Below, in pieces: positions 19,539 to 29,291 of a stretch of DNA of 64,000 bases. Within the stretch, counting starts at the first letter, position 1; each line of letters begins with the position of its first letter. A model generated the notes under the pieces. The model did not search any database and was not told the DNA's origin. It saw only the letters and a list, made by a program, of their open reading frames with translations. Made by a program: the position numbers and the translations under genes. Source of the stretch: an uncultured Thermoplasmatales archaeon (GTDB lineage Archaea > Thermoplasmatota > Penumbrarchaeia > Penumbrarchaeales > Penumbrarchaeaceae); NCBI GenBank assembly GCA_964445525.1, contig CAYULA010000003.1, positions 21,921 to 85,920 of the forward strand. The letters are read 5' to 3'.

Positions 19539-20495
19539 TCAGAGGTCCTTCAGGGCATCCATTATTCTCTTTGCCGTTACCTTTCCTATTCCCGGAACCT
19601 TGGTCAGATCCTTAATGGTAGCCTTCTTCAAGGCATTGAGGTCGGGATATTTCTCCTTGATGGATTCGATGTTCTTCTCTCCCAGGCCCTGGACCCCCGA
19701 AAGGAATCCATCAATATCGGCTGCCTCATCTTCTTGGGAATCCGGTCCCTCCTCTTCTATCTCCAGGGAAGCTCTGGATACCTTTTCCATGAGCTCTTTT
19801 ACCCTGTCATCGTCCTCATCCAGGTCGATTCGCTCGAAACCATCCTTTGTTATTATGTGAAGCTCCTCGCCCTTGGGGATGTCCTGGGGTCTTTCCACTA
19901 TGGTATTTTTCAGGATGTCAAAAGCAAGTGCTATTGCCTGTTCTCTGGTGATGTCAATGTTGTGTTTTGTCTCCAGTATCTCCATGGCAGTCTTGGAGCC
20001 TTTTCCGATGGCGGTTGCCTTTCTTTCCTGGAATACCCCGGAAGGGTCTGTCTCGAAAAGGTGGAATCCGGAAGGGTCCTCCCCCCCGATTATTATGGCC
20101 GTACCGAAGGGTCTCACTCCTTCGTATCTGGTGTATACTTCGTAGATCCTTGATATCCATTCCACTATTGTATGGATGTCGGGTTCCTCCCCGTATCTTC
20201 TCTTTTCGAGCTGGGCACGATCCCTGAGGATATCCACCAGGACCCTGGCATCGGCTATGAGGCCTGAGGCTGCGGCTCCGATGGTGGGTGTGACCTTGAA
20301 GAATTTCTCAAGGTTATCTTCTTCCACCAGGGGAGAGAATATGGACTTGTCTATGGTGAAGAGGATCCCGTCGCGGAACCTTATTCCCATGGCCAGGCCG
20401 CCTCTCTTTATGGCCTCCCTGGCGTATTCAACCTGGTAAACCCTCCCGTCCGGAGAGAAAACGGTTGCCGCCTGATCGTAGTGGTCCTTGTCCAT
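19539..20495 (-). CDS. psmA: proteasome alpha subunit with C-terminal acidic linker and (HhH)2 extension
   Basis: YDQAATVFSPDGRVYQVEYAREAIKRG plus the rest of the alpha-subunit core (about 235 aa). An acidic linker follows, then GVQGLGEKNIESIKEKY...LTKVPGIGKVTAKRIMDAL, which is two helix-hairpin-helix motifs. Confidence 0.9.
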   Translation of the reverse strand: MDKDHYDQAATVFSPDGRVYQVEYAREAIKRGGLAMGIRFRDGILFTIDKSIFSPLVEEDNLEKFFKVTPTIGAAASGLIADARVLVDILRDRAQLEKRRYGEEPDIHTIVEWISRIYEVYTRYEGVRPFGTAIIIGGEDPSGFHLFETDPSGVFQERKATAIGKGSKTAMEILETKHNIDITREQAIALAFDILKNTIVERPQDIPKGEELHIITKDGFERIDLDEDDDRVKELMEKVSRASLEIEEEGPDSQEDEAADIDGFLSGVQGLGEKNIESIKEKYPDLNALKKATIKDLTKVPGIGKVTAKRIMDALKDL

Positions 20496-20508
20496 CTTGA
20501 ATCACCAC

Positions 20509-21096
20509 TCAGGCCTTCTCCCTGTTCCTTCTTCTGAGCCCCTTCCAGAAAGGTTTTCTCTCCTTTCTTCTGGCAGGCTCCTCTGGTTCTTGAAGGGTAT
20601 CTTCCCCTTCTTCCTTGTATGATGGGAGCTCACCAGGGCTTCTTCCCGGCAGCTCCTCTTCTTCTTCCTCATCTTCTATCCTGAACATAACCGGGTCCGC
20701 AGGAGGGGAAAGGGACTCCCCGTATCTCTTCTCATAGAGCATCTGCAGAGTCTCGGAAGGACGTGAATCCAGTGACAGCATGTCGATCCTGTTCTCTATC
20801 TCTTCAAGTGTAAGGGGGGAACCCTTCTTCCAAGGCGGATAGGAGACGGGAGCCGCAGGTTTCTCAATCTCTTCTTCTTTGTCCTCCTTCGGCTGTTCCT
20901 CTCCTTCCTTGGGGGGCATGTCTCCTTCCTTGAGCTTGACCAGATTTAGTTCGTGCAGCTCGTATTTGTACGGGCGGAGCTTCTCTTTGAGCTCATCTTT
21001 GGAGATCTTTCCTGCAAGGAATGCCTTCTTCCACTTGTTGTAGGCCTTCTCTGCTTCGCGGAGCTTCTTCTCATGTTGCCTGTCGGTCGAGGCCAA
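20509..21096 (-). CDS. hypothetical highly charged (Lys/Glu-rich) protein
   Basis: 195-aa ORF with a coiled-coil-like N-terminus and acidic runs. Tightly spaced behind psmA on the same strand. No recognisable domain. Confidence 0.5.
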   Translation of the reverse strand: MASTDRQHEKKLREAEKAYNKWKKAFLAGKISKDELKEKLRPYKYELHELNLVKLKEGDMPPKEGEEQPKEDKEEEIEKPAAPVSYPPWKKGSPLTLEEIENRIDMLSLDSRPSETLQMLYEKRYGESLSPPADPVMFRIEDEEEEEELPGRSPGELPSYKEEGEDTLQEPEEPARRKERKPFWKGLRRRNREKA

Positions 21097-21267
21097 TCAC
21101 ATCCCTCCAGGTGGGATATCAACCAAAATCCAACGGGACTTATAATAGTTTGCCATCAAAAGGTGCAATACAACCCGGCAGGATTGGTGCTTTATAGAGG
21201 AATGGTGGTCGATCCCCAAAATGGTAATATACACCTTCTTGTATAGGCGGGACCGCCCCCGGAGGAG

Positions 21268-21693
21268 ATGCCCTCCGCAATTGGAATAGATGGTGGTATC
21301 GTGGCAGGCAACATGGGTCTTATCATCAGTCTGAACCGTATGACAGAGGCTATTGTCAATTCATACAAGGAGCACAACATGAGCCGTGAGGATGCCCAGA
21401 ACATGGCATATCACGTTCTCAATTTCTTCGGCTTCGGTGACAGGATAGTGGATAACATCCTGGAACCCGAGGACCGCGATCTCTTCTACATGCTGGAGGA
21501 TTTCGGTCTGCTGGTTACCGAGAGAGAGGAGACCACCCTTTACGACGGCAGGGAGTGGAGGATCCACTACTGGCTACTCAAGAAGAATGCCATCGAGCAC
21601 ATGTCCTGCGCAGATGGGAAGCAGTGCGCAGCAGGTGACGAGGATTACAACATCTACAAGGACATTCCCGACGACGTCTGGTCGAGGGCCTGA
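21268..21693 (+). CDS. hypothetical protein
   Basis: 141-aa ORF preceded by GGAGGAG directly upstream of the ATG. No domain recognised (LEDFGLLVTEREETTLYDGREWRIHYWLL). Confidence 0.5.
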   Translation: MPSAIGIDGGIVAGNMGLIISLNRMTEAIVNSYKEHNMSREDAQNMAYHVLNFFGFGDRIVDNILEPEDRDLFYMLEDFGLLVTEREETTLYDGREWRIHYWLLKKNAIEHMSCADGKQCAAGDEDYNIYKDIPDDVWSRA

Positions 21694-21825
21694 AAGGGAT
21701 ATCTGACATCCGGGGTGCCTCAGGGGACCATAAACACTTTATAATCATATCAATCATCTGGACAAACAAGTAGGGCATACGCTGTCCAAATAATCACCTG
21801 AAACAGCCATCCAGGAGGAAAATGA

Positions 21826-24800
21826 ATGAAGAAGAATGGTCTTTTTGCCATGCTTATTGCGATCATGATGATCACGACCCTCGTACCCCTTATGGTCGAT
21901 GCCGGGACCTCATCCTCTAACATGGAGGAATCCCTGGAGAACGGAGGGGAGATCGAAAAAGAGAAGAAAGAACCATCGATCCTCACTCCAGCGGAACCAG
22001 AGGATAATTTCATCGATATCAACAAAATGATAGATGCCGGTATCGGGAACTACAGGACAGTCGATATAGGGGAGGGGGGAATTTCCGCTTCTCTTTATGA
22101 TCTCAGCTGGATCAGGGAGAACAGGATGAGGGCACTCTCCGATGCACCGATTGCGGATAACGAGACAGATGCCATAGATTCCCCGTTCTATGCTTACGAT
22201 GATGACGACATATCAAACAATGTCACCTCAACGATCTCGGGAAATCAGATCACATTCGACGACGAGGATTACTATCAGATCAATCTAACCAGCGATGGTG
22301 TGAACTCCACAGTCGAAAAGCTGGAGCTAACGGTGACCTCAACCGAGGCCGTGGACAAGAACGCTTCTCTGACGGTGGACATCCTGCAGGTCGATTTCCT
22401 TATGGGCAGGTGGACGGATGCCGGAATGAAATCTGTAGGAAAATTCCACGGCAGCAGCCGGAAGATAGTCATTGTTCCGGAAGGCGACACCTCGTTAAAC
22501 CTGGAGATCCCCATCATGTTCAGGTTCAGGTCATGGAACAATACCATGCTGAACTTCAGTTTCGAGGTTGATATCACCAGCACAACCAGGACAGAATGGA
22601 ACGGTTTCTTTGGTGCAGGGCCCGCATACAACAGTACCAACAGACCGGCCAATATGCAGAGTGTCAACAGGTCACACGATTTCTTTGATTGGTATGACCT
22701 CACGGGAGCCATCACGGATACCAATCTGGATACTAACAGGGGAGATGAGATCAGATTCGGTCTGCGTATTGATATTGCGACAGAGGAAAGAGGTTCGATG
22801 TACAATCCTTACGGACTCTACGGTACCCAATCACCCACAACCTCATTTTTGATAGCATATCTCGTATGGCTCAATTATACCTCCCAGGAATTGAATATCT
22901 ACGCTCCGGGCGATAGTCTACCTCTTGGCTCGGCACTTTTAGGAGGACAGTATGATCCAATGAACCTGGTCTTCCAGGCTCAAGCCGACCACGCCTGGCT
23001 CGGTGTAAGCCCTGTTACATTTTGGATCGCACCTAACGGCCAGATACAAACAGCGACTTCAGCAGAGGGAAACGCGGAGATGTTCTTCAACATCTCCTCT
23101 GTTTCAGCAAATCTCATTCCCCCGAACAAGGCACCTGTCTTCTCGCTTCCAATAGAGGACCAGGATTTCGCAGAAGATGAGGGCCCCTGGAACGTTACCG
23201 ATCTCCTGACCCATTTCACCGATGAGGATACCATCACTCCACTGGAGTTCAAGGTTACAAAACCATCGGGTGTGGAAAATCCGGATGAAATCGAGGTGAC
23301 AGTAAAGGACGGCAGGTACCTCTGGATCAATGTTACAGAGGAGCACTGGTTCGGTGAGGGCGAATACAAGATCAGATGCTACGACTACGGTGTCCTTGAC
23401 CCCACAATTTCCGTGGATGACAGGGAAGCTGTTTCCAACGACTTCGAAGTGGTGATAAATCCGGTTAACGATCCCGCCTACATCGAGAAGGTTGACGGTG
23501 TTACCGGAACCATCGATAACGAACATGATCTGATAACCATCACCATCCGGCAGGGAAGCAATCAATACAGGTCCAAGAAGGTATACGGACGGGATTACGA
23601 TACGGAGGACCAGGGCAGACTGGTCTACTCGCATAACGCCACTACAAACGCCTTCAGCATGAACAAGAACGGTCAGATAGATTTCATACCCACAAACGAA
23701 GAGGTCGGAGCAACATATGTCAGGATATGGGTTGACGACCAGAAGGGCAGGGACGAGGACGATTACCTCGATCTCAAGTTCAACGTGACAAACAGGAACG
23801 ATCCGCCCGAGCTCAGGGAGATCGAATGGATCATAAAGGGAACCACATTCGATCTGACAACAGAGGACAATCCCACCTTCAGAAATGTCAAGGAGGGATC
23901 GGAGATCAATCTCACCATAACAGCATACGATCCCGACATAGTCATCGGCCAGCCAGAAGAGCTTACCTGGTCGGTCGGCGGGCAGGGATGGAACGTCTAT
24001 CCGCATCCCACCGATCCTCTCAAAGCTTATGTCACCTACACTCCCACAAACGAGGATTCCATAGCAACAACGGTGGAGACAAACATCTTCTGCATGGACA
24101 CTGCCAACGCCATGAGCCAGGATGACATAATGATCAGATTGACAATAGAGAACAGAAACGATCCTCCCGAGATATTGACCGTCAACGACGAGGTCCCTGT
24201 CGAGGAGGGAGCCTCAAAGAAGATCTTCCTGACCCAGGAGACCGGGAAGTATGCACTCGAGGATCAGCTCTTTTATATCTATGTAGTAGCCGAGGATATA
24301 GATCCCAGGGATACGGTCAAGTTCACGGCAAGGGATGCTTCGGGCCTTCCTGACACCTCATTCCAGTTCTTCCCCGATCCCCTGGACGAATTCGCAGGAA
24401 ATTTCACCCTCAGACCAACGCAGGAGATGGTAGGTTTCCATACGGTTGTCATAACCGTATCTGACGAGGAAGATGAGACAGATTCGGTCATAGTCCAATA
24501 CGAGGTAGTGAACACCAACGATCCTCCCGGCGATTTCAGGGCGGATTGGGAAACCGGATCGGAACTGATAGTAGGTAGAAACATCACCTTCTTTGCGGAG
24601 GACCTCACCGATCCGGACGGAGACAACCTGACAGTCACATGGGATTTCGGCGACAATACGGGCAAGGTGACGGGAGAGACCGTAACCCACAGCTTTGCCA
24701 ACGATCAATCCTATATCATAACCGTGACGGTCACGGATCCTTCCGGGGAGAAAAGCGAGCTGACAAGGACGATAACCATCTATCCGGAGGAGGAAGACGA

Positions 24801-25536
24801 TCCGGATCCCGATCTGGATACCGACGGAGACGGAATGCCGGATGTCTACGAGGACAACAACGGTTTGAACAAGAACAATCCCAACGATGCCACCATGGAT
24901 GAGGACCGTGACGGTTTCACCAATATCGAGGAATACCGGCAGGAGACAAATCCCATAGATCCGAAATCACATCCTCCAAAGGAGGAATCCGACGACGGAG
25001 GGTCGGACCTCATCCTTTACCTGGTTGTGATAATAGTTGTCGTACTGGTCCTTGCCGCCATCGGGTTCTTTGCCTTCGTTGTTCTCAGGAAACCGAAGCC
25101 TGTGGTCCAGCAGCAGGCTTATGCACCGGAATCCGGACTGCCAGGCGGTTCCCAGCAGGGACTTCCGGGACAGGCACCTCAGCAGCTTCCTCCCGGATCC
25201 GATCAGCAGAATGTCGGGGCCGGTCAGGACGCTCAGGGACTCCCTCCAGCCCCGGAACCCGAGCCCGAAGAGGAGCTCCCCGATTCATTCCTTGAATCGG
25301 CCGCGGAGGCCCTGAAGGATGAAGAACCTTCCGAAAGTGATGCCGAGCAGAACATCTGGAGACCTCCTGCGAAGGCGGAGGAACCGGTTCAGGAGAGCCA
25401 GGTTGATGATCTCTTCGCCGAGCCTCCGGGGGAAGAAGCTCCCGAAGGACCTTCACAGCCGGAAGAGGCTTCCGATGAAGAGGCTCCCGAGCCTTCCAAA
25501 AAGACTGGTCTTCCACCACCGCCTCCGGCACCATGA
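21826..25536 (+). CDS. giant surface protein: cadherin-like repeats, PKD domain, TSP3-type Ca-binding repeats, TM anchor, Pro/Gln/Glu-rich cytoplasmic tail
   Basis: Signal helix MKKNGLFAMLIAIMMITTLVPLMVDAG. Repeated domain boundaries VNDPAYI / NRNDPPEL / NRNDPPEI / NTNDPPGD. PKD signature TWDFGDNTGKVTGETVTHSFANDQSYIITVTVTDPSGE. Ca-binding repeats DTDGDGMPDVYEDNNGLNKNNPNDATMDEDRDGFTNIEEY. TM helix LILYLVVIIVVVLVLAAIGFFAFVVL. Confidence 0.8.
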   Translation: MKKNGLFAMLIAIMMITTLVPLMVDAGTSSSNMEESLENGGEIEKEKKEPSILTPAEPEDNFIDINKMIDAGIGNYRTVDIGEGGISASLYDLSWIRENRMRALSDAPIADNETDAIDSPFYAYDDDDISNNVTSTISGNQITFDDEDYYQINLTSDGVNSTVEKLELTVTSTEAVDKNASLTVDILQVDFLMGRWTDAGMKSVGKFHGSSRKIVIVPEGDTSLNLEIPIMFRFRSWNNTMLNFSFEVDITSTTRTEWNGFFGAGPAYNSTNRPANMQSVNRSHDFFDWYDLTGAITDTNLDTNRGDEIRFGLRIDIATEERGSMYNPYGLYGTQSPTTSFLIAYLVWLNYTSQELNIYAPGDSLPLGSALLGGQYDPMNLVFQAQADHAWLGVSPVTFWIAPNGQIQTATSAEGNAEMFFNISSVSANLIPPNKAPVFSLPIEDQDFAEDEGPWNVTDLLTHFTDEDTITPLEFKVTKPSGVENPDEIEVTVKDGRYLWINVTEEHWFGEGEYKIRCYDYGVLDPTISVDDREAVSNDFEVVINPVNDPAYIEKVDGVTGTIDNEHDLITITIRQGSNQYRSKKVYGRDYDTEDQGRLVYSHNATTNAFSMNKNGQIDFIPTNEEVGATYVRIWVDDQKGRDEDDYLDLKFNVTNRNDPPELREIEWIIKGTTFDLTTEDNPTFRNVKEGSEINLTITAYDPDIVIGQPEELTWSVGGQGWNVYPHPTDPLKAYVTYTPTNEDSIATTVETNIFCMDTANAMSQDDIMIRLTIENRNDPPEILTVNDEVPVEEGASKKIFLTQETGKYALEDQLFYIYVVAEDIDPRDTVKFTARDASGLPDTSFQFFPDPLDEFAGNFTLRPTQEMVGFHTVVITVSDEEDETDSVIVQYEVVNTNDPPGDFRADWETGSELIVGRNITFFAEDLTDPDGDNLTVTWDFGDNTGKVTGETVTHSFANDQSYIITVTVTDPSGEKSELTRTITIYPEEEDDPDPDLDTDGDGMPDVYEDNNGLNKNNPNDATMDEDRDGFTNIEEYRQETNPIDPKSHPPKEESDDGGSDLILYLVVIIVVVLVLAAIGFFAFVVLRKPKPVVQQQAYAPESGLPGGSQQGLPGQAPQQLPPGSDQQNVGAGQDAQGLPPAPEPEPEEELPDSFLESAAEALKDEEPSESDAEQNIWRPPAKAEEPVQESQVDDLFAEPPGEEAPEGPSQPEEASDEEAPEPSKKTGLPPPPPAP

Positions 25537-25558
25537 TATTTGATTTAGAAAAAAAATG

Positions 25559-25590
25559 GGCGGCCTCGAAAGGCCGCCAGTTTCATTTTT
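25559..25590 (+). terminator. stem-loop GGCGGCCT-cgaa-AGGCCGCC followed by a T-rich tract
   Basis: Perfect 8-bp stem at 25559-25566 / 25571-25578. It is preceded by an A8 run and followed by agtttcattttt, 23 nt after the stop of 21826..25536. Confidence 0.5.
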
Positions 25591-25701
25591 AATAGTTCAA
25601 CTAAATTTTTCATCTTTTAAAACAATTTAAATTTTTTTAATCATCCTATGATCAATAATTATTCAAAAAAATTATGAAAAAGTTTAAGCTTTCATAGTAA
25701 C

Positions 25702-28700
25702 ATGCGTACCCAGGACGTGAGGAGTATGTTGAGAAAAATGTTGGGTTCTTTTCTATTGAGTATATTGGTGATATATAGTTTGATGACAATAATTAATGGA
25801 GAGGTAGATGCTGATCAGATACAGGATATTGATGCACAGGCAAACAAGGATTGGACAATAATGGTTTACCTCGATGCCGATAACAATCTTGAGGGCCAGG
25901 GTGTTAACGATTTTCTTGAAATGGCTGAAGTGGGTTCCGATTCCAATGTCAATATTGTTGTCCAGATGGATAGGATAGGTTGGAGCGATCTCTATGATCA
26001 CTACATTTCCCTTGGATATACATCTACAGAAGCAGCATATGAAGCAAATATAGCAGATGATGACAGATATGGCGATTGGTCTTCGACCAAAAGATTCCTA
26101 GTGGGAGAAGATGATACACCCATCTCCTCCAATGCTATTTCCGATATTGGAGAACAAGATATGGGCGATCCGGATACACTCTATAGCTTCATTGCTTGGT
26201 CCCTTACCAATTATCCCGCAGATAGATATGGTTTGATATTATGGGACCACGGAGACCAATGGAATGGTGTATGCTCAGATGATACAGATAATGGAAATCT
26301 TTTAAACATGTCAGAATTGGATGAAGTTTTCTACAATTTAACCATTATTAAGGGTTTCCACATGGATTTTATTGGTTTTGATGCTTGTTTAATGGCATCC
26401 GCAGAGGTTGCTTATCAAATGTGGGGTTATGCGGATTATATGATAGCTTCAGAAATGACTGAACCTGGTCAAGGATGGATATATAACTGGTCATTTGGGG
26501 CTCTTGCCTCTAATCCAGATATGTCAACTGAAAAAGTATGTAAAGTTATAGTTGATGATTATGTGGAGTCTTATGAGACGATCTATTCTGCCTATCAAAA
26601 CGATGTGACCTTGTCTGTTGTGAATTTTACTTCGGATTTCTATTCTGGAATCTATGCGGTTTATAACTTTACTTACGAGCTTTACAATAATTATTCTCTT
26701 TATCAGAACTATATCAATTATGGATGGGGTGTTAGGGAGAATTACAGTGAAAAATATTGTGATATGTTGGATCTTTTTAATACAATTTTTATTGAGACCA
26801 ATCATTCTTTATTGAACGATCTTTTTGAGAGGATGGTCAACAATCTCACCGGAGTTTATTGCTACCAGAACTGGAGCGATGGAGATAACGACGGATATCC
26901 TTACTGGGCTACTGGTCTCTCCTTATATTTCCCTGCATACGATTATTATAACAGCGAGTATACAAAGGATCAATATTTCTACTTCCCAAAGGACACATAC
27001 TGGCCGGATCTACTTTGGAAATTTTACTTACAACCTACAAATACCGATCCCGTAATTAGTGTTATTAACCCCACCCAGACAAAGGTTTCTATTTTTGAGA
27101 CTCAGGAGATCGAGTTCAATGTTTCCGCCACCGATAGTGAAGGAAATTATCTCAGATATTACTGGTTCCTCGATGATGAATTCATTGGTCAGGGGAATAC
27201 TCTCACGATTTCGACAGATTTCGGTGATGCAGGATCATATACGATAGATTGTGTTGTTGCAGATGGAGCTTGGAACGGAATCCCATATGGGTTGACTGGT
27301 TATGATATGCAATCATGGACACTTAACATTCTTGAAGATGAGGAGAAACCTGTCGTCATGATACTAGATTCTTGGAACGAGAGGCCTTTTCTTGATAAGT
27401 ATAATAATTTTGAAGTTAAAGTGACAGATAATGTCGAGGTCGAAGAAGTTAATATTATTACGGATTTTCTTAGTATTGATGAATCATTCAATATCACTAT
27501 TGAAGAAAAGGTAAAGGACATTTATTCAATACTCTACTTCGTTCCTGAAGAAGGATTTCCAGAGCAGAGAACTGATCCTGGATGGCATAATGTGACTTTC
27601 ACCGCCTGTGATACGGCTGGAAATTGGGTTGTTTACCCGGACGTACCATATTATCTAAATGACATTTTTGATCCAGTTGTAGTGCTTGATTCCAATGATG
27701 AGATCAACCAACATCAGGTATATTCATTCGATGGTTCCGGATGCACGGATAACTGGAAAATTGTCAACTACACATGGAGATTCAACTATAACGGAGAAGA
27801 GGTAATCCTATATTCGATAGATCCTGTTTTCCTATTCGACATTGCAGGGACCTATCCTGTGAATCTAACAGTAACTGATCCCGATGGGAATTCCGCTTGG
27901 GGAATAATCAATATTGAGGTAAGGGATGTTGACAATCCGTTCATTGAAGCGGGAGAGGATGTGGTTGTTGACCAGCATCAAGCTGTTTCCTTTAATGGTG
28001 ATGATTCCCAGGACAATGTAGGTATCGTCAATTGGACATGGTCATTCCGATATGATGGATCAACAATCAATTTATTTGGTGAATTTCAAGAATTCATTTT
28101 CAACAATGCAGGGATTTACAACATCAGTGTAACAGTGAAAGATGATGAAGGTAATACTGCCTCGGATTACTTCTTGGTAACTGTTAATGATATCACTAAA
28201 CCCGTAATTGTCATCGAACCGATGGTAGTTATTGATCAGCATGAAAACCCGCAATTTGATGGCAGTTACTGCACGGATAATGTTGGTATCGTGAATTGGA
28301 CATGGTCCTTTGACTACAACGGGATTGGGATTACTTTATTTGGTATGATACAGGAATTCACTTTTCACGAGGCCGGTATCTACAATATATCCTTAATATT
28401 GAGAGATGAAGCGGGCTATTCGGCTTCAGGTTTCTTCCTTGTTAAAGTGATTGATATCACTGATCCGGTTATCGATATAGATCCTTTGATTATAATAAAC
28501 CAACACGACGTGCTTCGATTGGATGGAAGTTCCTGTTCTGATAATGTTGCAGTAACAAATTATACATGGTCTTTCACTCTGGATGACGAATTTTTTACCT
28601 TATACGGATTAAATCCAGAATTTACTTTCCATAATTCCGGTGAGATCACGATTACATTGATAATCGAGGATGAAGCTGGGAATTCAGCTTCGGGATTGCT

Positions 28701-29262
28701 AAGAATTAGGATTTTGGATGTCACAGCTCCAACTGCCAATATTACCTTTGAAAAAATTGGGGAAGATCCTGTTGAATACTCATTTGATGGTTCAGGATCT
28801 AATGATAATGTGGGTATCATTCATTATAACTGGACGATCATTTTCAATGATAATGAATCGGATAAAACAGGAGAAAATATTGAACATACCTTCAATGAAC
28901 CAGGAACATATATTGTAACACTCGAAGTGTGTGACTTGATGGGACTCTGTTCCACTGAAACTGTTACAATAACGATTGTGAAACCCGATGAACCAATAGA
29001 TGATGATACAGATACAGATACAGATACAGATAGCGATGACGATATGGACGATGATAGGGATTCTGATGTTGAGGGAGAGGATAGTGAAGACAAGGGTTTA
29101 TCGTCGGTAATGATTCTAATGATCATAGTCGGAGTAATTATCCTGCTCGGAATCCTGGGAGTGTTGACTTTAATATTCATTGTAAAAAAGAAGGAACCTG
29201 AAGAGGGTAAGATGGCTGAAAACTCTTTCAACAGCCAATCATTCCCTCCAGATGATACATAA
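25702..29262 (+). CDS. secreted clostripain-family (C11) cysteine peptidase with six PKD-like domains and C-terminal TM anchor
   Basis: WTIMVYLDADNNLEGQGVNDFLEM...NIVVQMDR, LILWDHGDQWNG (catalytic His context) and FIGFDACLMASAEVAYQM (catalytic Cys context) are the C11 hallmarks. One isolated PKD-like unit and five tandem ~88-aa units follow. Then an acidic DTDTDTDTDSDDD stalk and TM helix VMILMIIVGVIILLGILGVLTLIFIV. The whole gene is visibly AT-rich. Confidence 0.85.
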   Translation: MRTQDVRSMLRKMLGSFLLSILVIYSLMTIINGEVDADQIQDIDAQANKDWTIMVYLDADNNLEGQGVNDFLEMAEVGSDSNVNIVVQMDRIGWSDLYDHYISLGYTSTEAAYEANIADDDRYGDWSSTKRFLVGEDDTPISSNAISDIGEQDMGDPDTLYSFIAWSLTNYPADRYGLILWDHGDQWNGVCSDDTDNGNLLNMSELDEVFYNLTIIKGFHMDFIGFDACLMASAEVAYQMWGYADYMIASEMTEPGQGWIYNWSFGALASNPDMSTEKVCKVIVDDYVESYETIYSAYQNDVTLSVVNFTSDFYSGIYAVYNFTYELYNNYSLYQNYINYGWGVRENYSEKYCDMLDLFNTIFIETNHSLLNDLFERMVNNLTGVYCYQNWSDGDNDGYPYWATGLSLYFPAYDYYNSEYTKDQYFYFPKDTYWPDLLWKFYLQPTNTDPVISVINPTQTKVSIFETQEIEFNVSATDSEGNYLRYYWFLDDEFIGQGNTLTISTDFGDAGSYTIDCVVADGAWNGIPYGLTGYDMQSWTLNILEDEEKPVVMILDSWNERPFLDKYNNFEVKVTDNVEVEEVNIITDFLSIDESFNITIEEKVKDIYSILYFVPEEGFPEQRTDPGWHNVTFTACDTAGNWVVYPDVPYYLNDIFDPVVVLDSNDEINQHQVYSFDGSGCTDNWKIVNYTWRFNYNGEEVILYSIDPVFLFDIAGTYPVNLTVTDPDGNSAWGIINIEVRDVDNPFIEAGEDVVVDQHQAVSFNGDDSQDNVGIVNWTWSFRYDGSTINLFGEFQEFIFNNAGIYNISVTVKDDEGNTASDYFLVTVNDITKPVIVIEPMVVIDQHENPQFDGSYCTDNVGIVNWTWSFDYNGIGITLFGMIQEFTFHEAGIYNISLILRDEAGYSASGFFLVKVIDITDPVIDIDPLIIINQHDVLRLDGSSCSDNVAVTNYTWSFTLDDEFFTLYGLNPEFTFHNSGEITITLIIEDEAGNSASGLLRIRILDVTAPTANITFEKIGEDPVEYSFDGSGSNDNVGIIHYNWTIIFNDNESDKTGENIEHTFNEPGTYIVTLEVCDLMGLCSTETVTITIVKPDEPIDDDTDTDTDTDSDDDMDDDRDSDVEGEDSEDKGLSSVMILMIIVGVIILLGILGVLTLIFIVKKKEPEEGKMAENSFNSQSFPPDDT
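27671..28985 (+). repeat. five tandem ~88-codon PKD-like units inside the C11 peptidase gene
   Basis: The units share DQHQ-x-FDGS-C-DNVGIVNWTWSF-Y-G-x-LFG-x-EF-F-x-AGIYNIS-x-V-D-x-GN-AS. Units 2 and 3 are the most alike. Confidence 0.7.
29005..29032 (+). repeat. (GATACA)n hexanucleotide microsatellite encoding (DT)n
   Basis: gataca x4 plus a partial unit, read directly from the sequence. It lies in the acidic stalk of the C11 peptidase. Confidence 0.9.
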
Positions 29263-29291
29263 GTGAATAGAAACTGGAAGAAAAACTTGGT

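Noticed and set aside
23104-24006. Long antisense ORFs inside the giant genes (e.g. 23104..24006, 22275..22805, 47473..48039, 37101..37487, 38106..38513, 28824..29231)
   Set aside because: They are shadow frames opposite strongly supported domain-rich CDSs. Their products are low-complexity with no motifs.
25537-29291. A mobile element (IS, integrase or att sites) bounding the AT-rich islands at 25.5-29.3 kb and 59.5-62.8 kb
   Set aside because: I found no transposase or integrase ORF, no terminal inverted repeats, and no tRNA-linked direct repeats. The islands are reported only as compositional anomalies.
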